Positions 9,600 through 18,608 of a DNA stretch of 64,000 bases are shown one piece after another (position 1 is the stretch's first letter; the number at the start of each line of letters is the position of its first letter). Below the pieces are notes generated by a model that was not told where the DNA came from, did no database searches, and saw nothing but the letters and a program-made list of their open reading frames with translations. Location of the stretch: positions 296,228 through 360,227 of the IMG/VR virus record IMGVR_UViG_3300009709_000002. One strand, written 5' to 3'. The translations under genes were made by a program, and so were the position numbers. The DNA comes from a virus (Duplodnaviria; Heunggongvirae; Uroviricota; Caudoviricetes).

Positions 9600-10229
9600 T
9601 CACAGTTTCGCATATTCTTCTAAGCCTGAGTCGATCAGCTCCGACTGGCAGGCGACGATGTCCTTCAGCTCTAAATGCTTCTTCACGATAGATAAAGCAT
9701 CATGCTGTCTCTTATGCTCACCATCATAAGAAACTCCGATCATCCTCAGCTTAGGTAGCTTCAGCAACCGCAGCACTCCAAGCTCTTCCAACTGGAAAGG
9801 CCGACGCACCGCTCCGTTCAGAATCAGCTCCTCCAAGTTCTGCAACCGTTCAATTCCTTTGAGAGACGACACGATAGTTCCATGAAAGACCAGGCGGTGC
9901 AGGCTCTCAGGAAAATCACTCCACCCCTCCACACGAAACTGCCTAGGAATCATGCCGGTCTTAATGATAAACGAGATCAAGCCAACCGACATCACCTCCA
10001 GCTTCGCGCCGCCGAACGGCCACTCGAACCTTATAGGTTCATCTCCGTCTAGCTTCTGACAAATGTTCACCTTCACGACGTCATCCAACAGCCGAGCGCT
10101 CTTCACGTCAAAGATGTTCAGCAATGACTTCATCAGCTCGCCATTCTTCAGCACCGCGTTGACTTCATAGTCTCTTAGGTAGTCGGCCAGTACGAAAGGA
10201 TGGTTCATAAGCTCTCTTGTCACTTCCAT
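9600..10229 (-). CDS. Family-A paralog (first gene of the array)
   Basis: C-term CQSELIDSGLEEYAKL; followed upstream by a 700-bp noncoding region. Confidence 0.8.
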   Translation of the reverse strand: MEVTRELMNHPFVLADYLRDYEVNAVLKNGELMKSLLNIFDVKSARLLDDVVKVNICQKLDGDEPIRFEWPFGGAKLEVMSVGLISFIIKTGMIPRQFRVEGWSDFPESLHRLVFHGTIVSSLKGIERLQNLEELILNGAVRRPFQLEELGVLRLLKLPKLRMIGVSYDGEHKRQHDALSIVKKHLELKDIVACQSELIDSGLEEYAKL

Positions 10230-10910
10230 GCCGAGGTAACTCTGGAGTACTCTTATACAAACTCTTTCAAGAATCTTTTACGACACTTTGATCCTGGAAA
10301 TCTAGAGACTCCGGAAAAATTTTTCGGGGTGGCCTCTCCGCACCGTGTAGAATTAGAGAGTTATAAGATTTGCACCGTCAATTTGGTGCCATCCCTTATC
10401 ACCGTATAGAACTATTATAAACTATTTTGCAACACTTTGTCACACTTTTCTTCTGGGCCACAATTTTTCGTTGGTGCTCGCGAGGGCCTGAGAGGGGTAG
10501 GCCACTTGTACACAGGATGGTGCCATCATTCTAGATGGCCATTTCCTGCCACCAAATTCTACCACCAGATTTCTACTCTCAGACTACTCTACAAAACTCT
10601 CTCGCAACAACTCTGGCCTACTCTCAGACCACTCTACTCAAACTCTCTTTCTCTACTTTCTATGCTCACTCTACTCTAGGAAGTGCTTACGATACCCCTC
10701 AGGGGAGGCCCAGATATAGGCCAAGGATGGTGCCTCTCTGGAGGCTCTCGTGCACCATCTTTTCTTGCCAGTTTTCAACGAGGATTTTTCCAGCCAGATT
10801 TTCTACGAAAATCTTTCAAAAATATTTTCGCGAAAAAGTAAACAAGTTTTCAAAAAGATTTTCGAAAACTTTTGCGGTGGAAGATGCGAATGATCTTCCG
10901 GCCCGCGGAA
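10230..10910. promoter_or_regulatory. 700-bp AT-rich noncoding region upstream of the Family-A array with 31-bp direct repeats and GATTTTC/GAAAATC palindromes
   Basis: Repeats at 10566-10596 and 10618-10648; no credible ORF. Confidence 0.45.
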
Positions 10911-10913
10911 CTC

Positions 10914-11231
10914 TTACTTACTCTTCAACCGTACGTCGATGTCTTGCCCGTAGTACCGGTCGCTCTGCCGAGCCAACCCTTCTAGTACACGAACAGCATC
11001 CTTAGCATCCTTAGCCCAGAAGCTGGTCAGTACATCCGTCCGGGTCTGAGACACACGACGGATGACTTCATACTCATGCTTGTCACGACGTTCCATCGCC
11101 TCGCCGAAGCGCTTCATCGTCTCGTTCGTGAGAAAGATCTCCGTGCCGTTGTCAGTCACCACGCAGATTCCGGTGGGTGTAACCTCGGCCTTCATCAGCC
11201 CAGCTTCACGCAGTTGTTCTTTGGTTAGCAT
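10914..11231 (-). CDS. hypothetical protein
   Basis: ORF track; early promoter upstream. Confidence 0.55.
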   Translation of the reverse strand: MLTKEQLREAGLMKAEVTPTGICVVTDNGTEIFLTNETMKRFGEAMERRDKHEYEVIRRVSQTRTDVLTSFWAKDAKDAVRVLEGLARQSDRYYGQDIDVRLKSK

Positions 11232-11234
11232 GAT

Positions 11235-11426
11235 TTAGCTCCCTGCCTGAACTTTACGAGCGGCCTTCAGCATCTCTTCCAGCACTTCGACCGTGAGCGA
11301 CACCGTTTGGTTGTGCACCGAAGTAACAGCAACCTTAACGCCGTTGTAGTTAATCACCTCCACGTTCTTCAGCTCCGAGCCGATCATCTGTTGCTCAGTA
11401 AGCTTCAGCCGTTTAGCGTGCTTCAT
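11235..11426 (-). CDS. hypothetical small protein
   Basis: AAGGAG RBS and early promoter immediately upstream. Confidence 0.6.
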   Translation of the reverse strand: MKHAKRLKLTEQQMIGSELKNVEVINYNGVKVAVTSVHNQTVSLTVEVLEEMLKAARKVQAGS

Positions 11427-11454
11427 GATTTACTCCTTGGTTGACGTTAAGACT

Positions 11455-11484
11455 ATTATAACATCAACGGAGGAAGATGTAAAC
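11455..11484 (-). promoter_or_regulatory. T4-early-type sigma70 promoter (GTTTAC, 17 nt, TGnTATAAT)
   Basis: Minus strand reads GTTTACatcttcctccgttgaTGtTATAATagtc, followed by AAGGAGT RBS. Confidence 0.6.
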
Positions 11485-11486
11485 AC

Positions 11487-11801
11487 TTATGTGTAGGTAG
11501 TGCCAAAGACTTCTCGTCTGATAGCTCCCCACCTCACACCGTACTCCACGGCTGCTTCCCCAGTCATCTTAGGGTGCATCCAGAAGTTAGACAGCCCAGC
11601 GTCACGCCACACGCTTACGACCATGCCGGTGCTGATGTTGAAGTGCTCGGCCGTTTGGTTGATCGTAGCATCGTGATAGAGCCGCCAACGAATGATCTCA
11701 TTACGAAGGGCGAGCTTATCGAACTCTCTTCTCACTCTATCATACGCTTTGAGAGCCGATTGCTTTGAAGTTCTAAGCTGGGTTGGGGTACGAGGTTTCA
11801 T
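11487..11801 (-). CDS. putative HTH DNA-binding protein
   Basis: Helix-turn-helix-like segment ATINQTAEHFNISTGMV. Confidence 0.45.
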   Translation of the reverse strand: MKPRTPTQLRTSKQSALKAYDRVRREFDKLALRNEIIRWRLYHDATINQTAEHFNISTGMVVSVWRDAGLSNFWMHPKMTGEAAVEYGVRWGAIRREVFGTTYT

Positions 11802-11986
11802 TAGTACTCTTTAAAGAGCTCCATCAGCTTTGCGAACTCATCGTGACGAGCTTCATCGCCGTAAGCGATACCCTTCTCGGTGAGCCGGTCCTTGATCAGC
11901 TGCTCGAGGTGCGCTGTCTTCGCGCTCTCGTTAGCCAGCTTCGATTGCCCGTACAGCGTGAGGAGCTGCAGCAGTTTCCAGTCCAT
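11801..11986 (-). CDS. hypothetical small protein
   Basis: ORF, start overlaps downstream stop. Confidence 0.45.
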   Translation of the reverse strand: MDWKLLQLLTLYGQSKLANESAKTAHLEQLIKDRLTEKGIAYGDEARHDEFAKLMELFKEY

Positions 11987-11989
11987 GTC

Positions 11990-12346
11990 TTACCTCTTTG
12001 AGAACTCTTCCCACGTGATGCGGTGGGCGTCAGGGTCAGCGGCGATCGTAGCGAGCACGTAGTCGAAGTACGCCGGCCACTCCTTCATGTCTTTCGCAGG
12101 CTTCAAGTAGACCCTGAAGATCTCCAGGTGATCCTTGAAGTAAGGCAGGTGCTTGTTGCTGTTGTCGTAGGACGTCGCCTTACCGCAGGTGCACTGGTGG
12201 TAGATGATGCTGTTGGACGGGAAGAAGATCTTGAATGCGCCCGGGTGCTGTTTGCAGCGGACCGCGTAGTTGTATTGAGCTGGGAGCCCCATGTCACTTC
12301 TCCTTCTTCTTGAAGAGCCGTTCATACTCGACGGCGAGCTCTTCAT
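11990..12346 (-). CDS. hypothetical protein (Cys-containing)
   Basis: ORF track. Confidence 0.5.
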   Translation of the reverse strand: MKSSPSSMNGSSRRRRSDMGLPAQYNYAVRCKQHPGAFKIFFPSNSIIYHQCTCGKATSYDNSNKHLPYFKDHLEIFRVYLKPAKDMKEWPAYFDYVLATIAADPDAHRITWEEFSKR

Positions 12347-12453
12347 ACGTAGATTCTTGTACCTTAGCGACGCGCTGGTACATCTGAGTTTCCTCGATCC
12401 ACCGGCGCTTCTGTCGTTCTCTCGACGAGAGCTTCTTAGGTTTGTCTTCCACG

Positions 12454-12846
12454 TTAGAACCCTACGAGGTTGTTCGCCTGCTCCAGCGTGACGCTCGGAT
12501 CGAAGGTCACGAACTGGATGTTAGCGAGCCAGAACAAGTTGTAGAGGAGCGGGTGCTTCTTCGACTCTTCCGACTGGAGCACCGCGAGGATAGTTTCAGG
12601 CACGATCCGGTTAGTGATGATCTCGTACGAGCCGTCCTGGTTCTCCTTGCGGTAGACCTTCGGCAGCTCCACGCCCATCAGCACCATGTCCACGATGTCG
12701 TAGTCGAGGCTAGGGTTGAGCGCCATCCGCGAGACCATCCAACCCTTATCACGCACCAGGTCTTGGCCGAGGTAGGATGAGCTACGAGTCGGTACGGACT
12801 TCATCCCGGCTTCAGCAAGTTCAGCAGCGCGAGCGACGAGGTTCAT
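12454..12846 (-). CDS. hypothetical protein
   Basis: ORF; early promoter at 12879-12908. Confidence 0.55.
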   Translation of the reverse strand: MNLVARAAELAEAGMKSVPTRSSSYLGQDLVRDKGWMVSRMALNPSLDYDIVDMVLMGVELPKVYRKENQDGSYEIITNRIVPETILAVLQSEESKKHPLLYNLFWLANIQFVTFDPSVTLEQANNLVGF

Positions 12847-12878
12847 GTTCTACTCCGTTGTGTTGATCCAGTAAGAAT

Positions 12879-12908
12879 ATTGTAATACCAACGGAAGAAG
12901 AAGTAAAC
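12879..12908 (-). promoter_or_regulatory. T4-early-type promoter
   Basis: GTTTAC...TACAAT. Confidence 0.5.
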
Positions 12909-12914
12909 AGGTTC

Positions 12915-13052
12915 TTACCAGAACTTCTTGATGAAGTGAATGATGACGTAGTACTCGGCCGAGACTACTCCGATCACTATAGCGATGAAGGCGAGAGCGA
13001 TGAAAGCGCCGATAACTTCAGGAAGAGTAAAGCCTTTTTGCTTCTTAAGCAT
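12915..13052 (-). CDS. small membrane protein (46 aa)
   Basis: Hand translation MLKKQKGFTLPEVIGAFIALAFIAIVIGVV...; AAGGAG RBS; promoter upstream. Confidence 0.5.
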   Translation of the reverse strand: MLKKQKGFTLPEVIGAFIALAFIAIVIGVVSAEYYVIIHFIKKFW

Positions 13053-13077
13053 GGTAGCTCCTTGGTTGAGATAGAGC

Positions 13078-13108
13078 TATTCTAATACACTTACAGGAAG
13101 TTGTAAAA
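13078..13108 (-). promoter_or_regulatory. early-type promoter (TTTTAC...TAGAAT)
   Basis: Motif match. Confidence 0.4.
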
Positions 13109-13331
13109 CTCTTCTCAACTCTATCATAAGAATTCATGAGAGGTCTTTAGAGGTCCTGCTTAAGATTGATTGTATGGTTATCCAAACTATAACACGAGGA
13201 TCACTCAAGGTTCATGCGTCATAGCCTGCCTATTTACTTTGCCGCAATGATATGTTAGAATATAATTGGAGGATAAGTGAGTAACTCTTGCTTACTCTCA
13301 CAACAAAGGAGACCTTTCGATCTCCCTTTGA

Positions 13332-13763
13332 TTACGCGATTTGAATCGCGGTCTGTGCATCCCACTTCGGGTGAGCAGCTTCCGCGTACGTACGAGCCTG
13401 CGACGGAGTGCGAGCGGTCGTCTCGTGGAACTTGATCTCGTCCTTGTACTCACCACGACCGGTCAGCTTCACCCGGTACTTCGGCAGCTTCGAGCGGACG
13501 GTGACCGGAAGTTCTTTCGGGAGCTGCCAACGATCACAGCCCGGACCAGCGGTCTCGCGAGTCGCGATCCTCGGTTCATCCGGCTTGTCAGCCTTCTTCG
13601 TCCGCGTCTTGGGTTCATCAGCTACTGCAGGCGCCGGAGCTTCGAAGAGCTCGTCCAGCTTATTAGCCTGCTTCGGCGGGGTGTTGAAGATAGGGTCACG
13701 GCTGTCGATCATTGTAGAAGTTCTCGTGAAGGGAGGTAAAAAAGAGGGAGAGGCCAGCTTCAC
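13332..13763 (-). CDS. hypothetical protein
   Basis: ORF in GC-rich block. Confidence 0.5.
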   Translation of the reverse strand: MKLASPSFLPPFTRTSTMIDSRDPIFNTPPKQANKLDELFEAPAPAVADEPKTRTKKADKPDEPRIATRETAGPGCDRWQLPKELPVTVRSKLPKYRVKLTGRGEYKDEIKFHETTARTPSQARTYAEAAHPKWDAQTAIQIA

Positions 13764-13961
13764 CTCTCCCTAAGAGCGTTGTGTTACCCGATGCAGCGCG
13801 GCGTTCCGCTTACCATCCACCCAGGGTTCTGAGTGCGAGCGGAGGACGCGGCTCCTGCTTCGGTGTTCGCCTCAACCGAGACGACGCGAATTTGGCTGGA
13901 CGAAGTACTACGAAGTGAGACGCTGTAGATCTTCATGGTACTTCTCCAGGTTAGGTACTGC

Positions 13962-14501
13962 TTAAGCGGCGCGGACGAAGCGGGGCAGGAAGCGGCCGGC
14001 GTTCGGTTGACCCTTGGGGATGCGAACCAGCTCGCCTTCACCCTTCGGCGGGGAGAACTTCAGCGGATCGTAGCCGAGATCGGTTGCAGCTTCCGTCTTA
14101 GCGGCCGGAACTTCTTCAGCCTTCGGGCCGGCGAGCAGCAGCGGAGCAGCGGGTTCGACGGCGGTTTCGGTCTTCACCGGCACGATGTTCTCGGTAGCAA
14201 TCTTCAGCGGAGCACGAGTGACGTACTTCGCGAGATCGGCGGCCGTGATCTCCTTGCCTTGCAGGTCAGCCGCGACGACGAAGGCACCGGCGCGAACTCC
14301 CTTTTCCTTCTGGCGAACCACAGCACCGGCGCGCTTGAGAGCGTACAGCATGGTGCGCGCGGTGGCCGGCGAGCGGCCCATGTCCTTGACAGCATCCGCG
14401 AGAGCCGAGACGATGTCTTCTTGCTTCTTGCCCGGGTTAGCCGCGACGAAATCGAAAACGTTCTTGGCGACGAGGAATTGTTGGTTTGCAGCGTTTGCCA
14501 T
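13962..14501 (-). CDS. hypothetical protein (start at MANAANQQF)
   Basis: AAGGAGAAACAAC RBS before ATG at 14499-14501; promoter at 14555-14584. Confidence 0.6.
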   Translation of the reverse strand: MANAANQQFLVAKNVFDFVAANPGKKQEDIVSALADAVKDMGRSPATARTMLYALKRAGAVVRQKEKGVRAGAFVVAADLQGKEITAADLAKYVTRAPLKIATENIVPVKTETAVEPAAPLLLAGPKAEEVPAAKTEAATDLGYDPLKFSPPKGEGELVRIPKGQPNAGRFLPRFVRAA

Positions 14502-14554
14502 GTTGTTTCTCCTTGCTTCGGTTTGGTTGGATCGGTTTAGGTTACCGTAAGATA

Positions 14555-14584
14555 ATTCTAACATCATAGTTGAACGTTGTAAAC
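14555..14584 (-). promoter_or_regulatory. T4-early-type promoter
   Basis: GTTTACaacgttcaactatgaTGtTAGAAT. Confidence 0.55.
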
Positions 14585-14590
14585 ACCTTT

Positions 14591-14800
14591 TCAACTACTT
14601 TGTGCAACTTTTTCAACCGTGATGAGGAACACCTCGCCGTTGAGCGCCGTGTACTCGATGTCGATAAAGTGGTAGCCGGCGCAGGTTTTCGCATCGGCCA
14701 TCGCAGCATCCAACGTCGGCCACGGTTCGGAGACGACCTTAACATCACGCTCCTGATTGTGGTCGTACTTACCAGCGATTACTTGGAAGGTTCCGTTCAT
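14591..14800 (-). CDS. hypothetical small protein
   Basis: ORF with upstream promoter-like motif. Confidence 0.5.
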   Translation of the reverse strand: MNGTFQVIAGKYDHNQERDVKVVSEPWPTLDAAMADAKTCAGYHFIDIEYTALNGEVFLITVEKVAQSS

Positions 14801-14828
14801 GACGATCTCCGTCAGTTGATGTTAAGAC

Positions 14829-14860
14829 TATTCTATCCTACCTATAGGAGGAAGTAAAGG
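14829..14860 (-). promoter_or_regulatory. early-type promoter (CTTTAC...TAGAAT)
   Basis: Motif match. Confidence 0.4.
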
Positions 14861-14872
14861 ACTCTTCAACTC

Positions 14873-15130
14873 TCAGACCGACTCGTTCAGCAGGTGAAAC
14901 CAGTGCTTATCTAGCGCGTCTTTGTACCGCGTACCGCACGCCTTCTCGATGCTCGTCTGGTTGAAGTCGGTTGCGAACCGGTTCATGATCGCCGTCTGCA
15001 GCTCATTCAACCACACGCCGAACGTGCTAAACGACTTGAAGTCGCCTAGGTTCGTCTCGTCCAGCCGCTTGCCCATCACCACCATATCACCGTTCAACAT
15101 AGCTGCTCCTACGCGCCGTTTCAAACTCAC
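14873..15130 (-). CDS. hypothetical protein
   Basis: ORF track. Confidence 0.45.
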   Translation of the reverse strand: MSLKRRVGAAMLNGDMVVMGKRLDETNLGDFKSFSTFGVWLNELQTAIMNRFATDFNQTSIEKACGTRYKDALDKHWFHLLNESV

Positions 15131-15278
15131 TGGATAGCCAAGCTATCACCGTCACCAATATAGCGGCTGGAGCTTCCCACCCAAAGAACTTCGTGAGGAT
15201 GGTGCCTAATATTATAGCCACCGTCCAAGGCAGCACTACCACCAGAAATACTCCAACTATCACGTCCAAAGTCTTCAT
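15087..15278 (-). CDS. small membrane protein
   Basis: Hydrophobic helices. Confidence 0.45.
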   Translation of the reverse strand: MKTLDVIVGVFLVVVLPWTVAIILGTILTKFFGWEAPAAILVTVIAWLSSEFETARRSSYVER

Positions 15279-15391
15279 GTGCTCTCCAAGATGATCCTTT
15301 CTATTCTATCACAGCTATAGGAGAATGTAAACAGGAAAATATACTTAAGCTCTATAGCTAGATACAATAGGCTTATAACCCGAGGATCACC

Positions 15392-15577
15392 ATGTTTTTC
15401 TTTCGCACTCGCTATAGGATCGTCCTAGACACTTACTCCGGCTTTGAGGCACAGTACCGGCCCTGGTGGTCACCATTCTACCTGCAGATCGGTGGAACTA
15501 ACACCAGCTCATCCTTAGCCGAAGCTCGTAAGATAGTTGACAATCATAAGCACCACGTGGTCTGGCAAGGCTACTAA
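15392..15577 (+). CDS. hypothetical small protein (plus-strand mini-operon)
   Basis: ORF preceded by a CTATAGG-type motif. Confidence 0.4.
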   Translation: MFFFRTRYRIVLDTYSGFEAQYRPWWSPFYLQIGGTNTSSSLAEARKIVDNHKHHVVWQGY

Positions 15578-15642
15578 CTCTTGTTTACTCTCTCCTATAG
15601 CTATGATAGAATGAATCCATCGTAGCTATAGGGACAAAGTGA

Positions 15643-15831
15643 ATGGTAAACTTGGAACAAGGCAGGATCGAGCTGCTCTCGCTAATTACCGAGACCTCCA
15701 ACGACATCGTCTTCTTGGAGCGCGGCTTCGCTTACCTGCACACGCCGAACGCCATCCACCTGGCCCGCGAGCACATCAAGGAGAAGCAATCGCTCCTGAA
15801 GAAGCTCCAATCTGTTTACAACCAGCTATAG
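15643..15831 (+). CDS. hypothetical small protein
   Basis: AGCTATAGGGAcaaagtgaATG context. Confidence 0.45.
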   Translation: MVNLEQGRIELLSLITETSNDIVFLERGFAYLHTPNAIHLAREHIKEKQSLLKKLQSVYNQL

Positions 15832-15837
15832 GGATAG

Positions 15838-15948
15838 TATGGAACCGGACCGCTACTGCGAATCCTGCAAGAAGATGTGCTCTCAGTGGGGCGGAGGCTG
15901 GCTCTACGGTCGTTGGTGCTGCGCCTGGTGCCTTAAGTGAAAGCTCCG
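15838..15948 (+). CDS. Cys-rich mini-protein (MEPDRYCESCKKMCSQWGGGWLYGRWCCAWCLK)
   Basis: Hand translation; CTATAGGGA motif upstream. Confidence 0.35.
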
Positions 15949-16114
15949 GTCTTCGAGTTCACCGTCACCTACTCCTATAGGTTCAACCCTATGTATGAGA
16001 ACACGATCAAGGTGAGGGTAACTCAGGCCGACTTTGAGCGCTATGAGCGACCCTACTACCAGAAGTACTTCATCCTGAAGAAAGTTGTTCAACGCAAGCT
16101 ATAGGGAGTATTGA

Positions 16115-16324
16115 ATGTTCCTCGAAGTTACCCTCGCCGAAACAGGCACTCGCGGTCGTAAGAAGACGCTCAACCTCATGCAGATCGCCAGCATCGAGCA
16201 AGACACGCACTCGACCAAGATCGTGATGCACCACGGTGGCGGCCAGATCTACTACGTGAACGAGACCTACGACTCGCTCATCAACCTGATCGCCGAAGAA
16301 GGGCTGCTCATCCGATTGGCTTAA
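16115..16324 (+). CDS. hypothetical small protein
   Basis: CTATAGGGAgtattgaATG context. Confidence 0.45.
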   Translation: MFLEVTLAETGTRGRKKTLNLMQIASIEQDTHSTKIVMHHGGGQIYYVNETYDSLINLIAEEGLLIRLA

Positions 16325-16394
16325 GCACCCTATAGGGATAGACACAACAAATAGCCGAGGATCACTCACTCGGCTAGACCTCCCTACGACCGAC

Positions 16395-16622
16395 TTATCT
16401 TGCCGATCTATCGCCCATGCTCTGCGCGCATAACTTCATGTAGTTATTCGCCGACCTCTGCTTGCTCAGCTTCAGCTCACGCTGCCCATCGGTCAACCCG
16501 CCAAACGGCTTACCCTCCGCAGACAACCTAGCCTGCAGCTCAACGATCTCCATCTCGGTCCAAGGTGCCGAGTGATCTACCGCCATCAGCTCTGCCATGC
16601 TTTTCCCTCCAAAGATGTTCAT
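16395..16622 (-). CDS. hypothetical small protein
   Basis: ORF track. Confidence 0.4.
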   Translation of the reverse strand: MNIFGGKSMAELMAVDHSAPWTEMEIVELQARLSAEGKPFGGLTDGQRELKLSKQRSANNYMKLCAQSMGDRSAR

Positions 16623-16710
16623 AAGACTTCGCCCGCTTCCCGGTCCACACAGCTAGAACTCAATCCAGCTATAGGATGTATTTCAACCTTGACTATTGTT
16701 CAACCATCAA

Positions 16711-16926
16711 CTAACGACCGATGATCGCCTTGCAGAGGTCTAGGTAGCTCTGCTGACTCCTCATCTCCTTCAGCACTCGATTCTTCTCTCGAGTCGTCAT
16801 GCTGTCCCACAGCTTCCCGCTCGTTTCACTCAGCTCAGCCAGCATCTTGTTCTTCGCGGCCTCGATCTCTTCATCCGTATAGGGAACAAAGACATCCTTA
16901 GGCACGGTCTTCGGCTCAGCGTCCAT
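16711..16926 (-). CDS. hypothetical small protein
   Basis: Promoter and TATAGGGGAAGAG RBS upstream. Confidence 0.5.
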   Translation of the reverse strand: MDAEPKTVPKDVFVPYTDEEIEAAKNKMLAELSETSGKLWDSMTTREKNRVLKEMRSQQSYLDLCKAIIGR

Positions 16927-16960
16927 TCAACTCTTCCCCTATAGCTTATACACTAAGAAT

Positions 16961-16990
16961 ATTGTAACATATAGCTTAGAAGAAGTAAAC
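16961..16990 (-). promoter_or_regulatory. T4-early-type promoter
   Basis: GTTTACttcttctaagctataTGtTACAAT. Confidence 0.55.
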
Positions 16991-16999
16991 ACGTTCGCC

Positions 17000-17760
17000 G
17001 TGACACTTTGACCCAGGCTTGAGTGAGCGCTAGAGTTCGTTTGATGCCTTAGATCTGCGAGAGAGTTCTTCCGTGACGGTGAAAGTTCTTCCGAAAATAA
17101 AGTGTAACAGCGGTTTACTTTCTTTGAATAGTGTTATATGCTTTGCTTTGACCTCGGCCAACGTTGACTCGCTCTTGAGACACCGCTAGAGTTCGTTTGA
17201 TGCCTTAGTAGAATGAATATAGACGAGAGCTCTCTCATGTGCTATAGATGTATGAGAGGCTTATAGGTAGTAGAATGAGAATGTGAACCTGCTCTCTCGT
17301 GTATGATAGATGTATGAGAGGCTAATAGGTAGTAGAATGAGAATGGAGGAGAGCTCTCTCATGTGCTATAGATGTATGGGAGGCTATAAGGCGAGAATGC
17401 TTGTGTGCTATAGAAGCAGAGACCTATAGTGAGGTAGCATACCATGTAGGAGTAGTATGTAAGTGAGATTTTTCTCGCTCTCAGTCTATAGGGAGATGAG
17501 TAGCTGAGTGTATAGCTCTATCTGTATTAGATGAATGTATAAGTGAGTGAGCTATAGGGAGATAGTGATAAAATTTTCTTGAGGATACTATAGGAGTATG
17601 ACTTATAGCTGATTAGGATATTTCGGGTATTAAATGTCTCGCTTTTTGATGGTTTTGGGTGAGATTGTTTACTAGAATGGGAGGTGAGGGGTTTAGAATG
17701 TTGAATATGTCGTTCAACTAAGGCACTTTTGGGGTCTTTTGAGATGGGTGCTTGAGATAG
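17000..17760. repeat. noncoding repeat region: three tandem ~60-bp repeats plus a duplicated 23-bp GCTAGAGTTCGTTTGATGCCTTAG element
   Basis: Direct repeats at 17226-17285, 17290-17345 and 17350-17400; duplicates at 17031 and 17186. Confidence 0.6.
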
Positions 17761-17761
17761 G

Positions 17762-18325
17762 TCAGGAGGCCTTCTGCTTAGTAGCCTCTATCGTGGAGGT
17801 GTGAGCGGGTATAGAAACGTCAAGAATGTTGGTTGTAGAGTCATCTTGCTCTATAGGTCTAGTCTTCCTATAGCTAGATGGGAGTACTTCTTGCGCGGGG
17901 AGTGAGTCATAGAGCTCGTTCAGCTCGGCCTTTAGCTTCTTCGCTCTATTGTCATGTCGCTCGGCGTACATCAGCGCCGTTTGAGCGGTGAGCTTACGGC
18001 CGTCTAGCGGAGCGATGAGCAGCCCGTCTACAGGTGGGGAGAAGTAAACTTGGAGCCAGTAGTCACGGTGGCTCAGGGAGATCTTCAGGCGGGATTGTAG
18101 CTCGGCGAGCTTCTCTTGTCTCATAAGGTCGTTTAGCCTCTCGGTGAATCGGATCGCCTGCTGCTCATAGGTCTCGATGTAGTGGGTGTATCTCTCGATC
18201 GCATGCGGATCGGTAGAGTCTTTAAGCCGCTTCGTAAAGATCCTAACACAAGCTTGAGCGCGGGAGATCACTCTCTCGAGTTTCTCTTTTTTGGTGGGTG
18301 GATCGATGAAAGGTCTGGGGCTCAT
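17762..18325 (-). CDS. Family-B protein (C-term LPSSYRKTRPIEQ)
   Basis: Conserved C-terminal motif; variable N-terminal body. Confidence 0.7.
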   Translation of the reverse strand: MSPRPFIDPPTKKEKLERVISRAQACVRIFTKRLKDSTDPHAIERYTHYIETYEQQAIRFTERLNDLMRQEKLAELQSRLKISLSHRDYWLQVYFSPPVDGLLIAPLDGRKLTAQTALMYAERHDNRAKKLKAELNELYDSLPAQEVLPSSYRKTRPIEQDDSTTNILDVSIPAHTSTIEATKQKAS

Positions 18326-18608
18326 CTTGCTCTATAGGTCTGGTCTTGTTGAAGCTGGTAGGGAGTACTTCAGCTGGGTCTTGGTCGGCTTGAAATTTGG
18401 CGAGCAGCCAGCGCAGCTGACGTTGAAAGTACTCGAGATCTTGCCTGTACTGAGCGATAGTTCTATTATCTGACTCGATAACGTGAGGTCGATCTTCACT
18501 ATCACGCAGCTCCGTCATTCTCCGAATGAGCATTTCGGTAGTTCGAATGCGGCGCTCGAGGCGCTCTTGCTCTGACTTCTGTGTGTGCAGGTAGCTCATC
18601 TGAGGCAT
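18243..18608 (-). CDS. Family-B protein (EVLPTSFNKTRPIEQ)
   Basis: Motif; tail overlaps next gene. Confidence 0.7.
   Translation of the reverse strand: MPQMSYLHTQKSEQERLERRIRTTEMLIRRMTELRDSEDRPHVIESDNRTIAQYRQDLEYFQRQLRWLLAKFQADQDPAEVLPTSFNKTRPIEQDEPQTFHRSTHQKRETRESDLPRSSLC

Noticed and set aside
17470-17490. TCTATAGGGAGA as a T7-type single-subunit RNAP promoter
   Set aside because: Only the initiating half resembles T7 consensus; the -17 to -5 recognition region is absent and the box sits at RBS distance from starts. Kept only as an unexplained motif.
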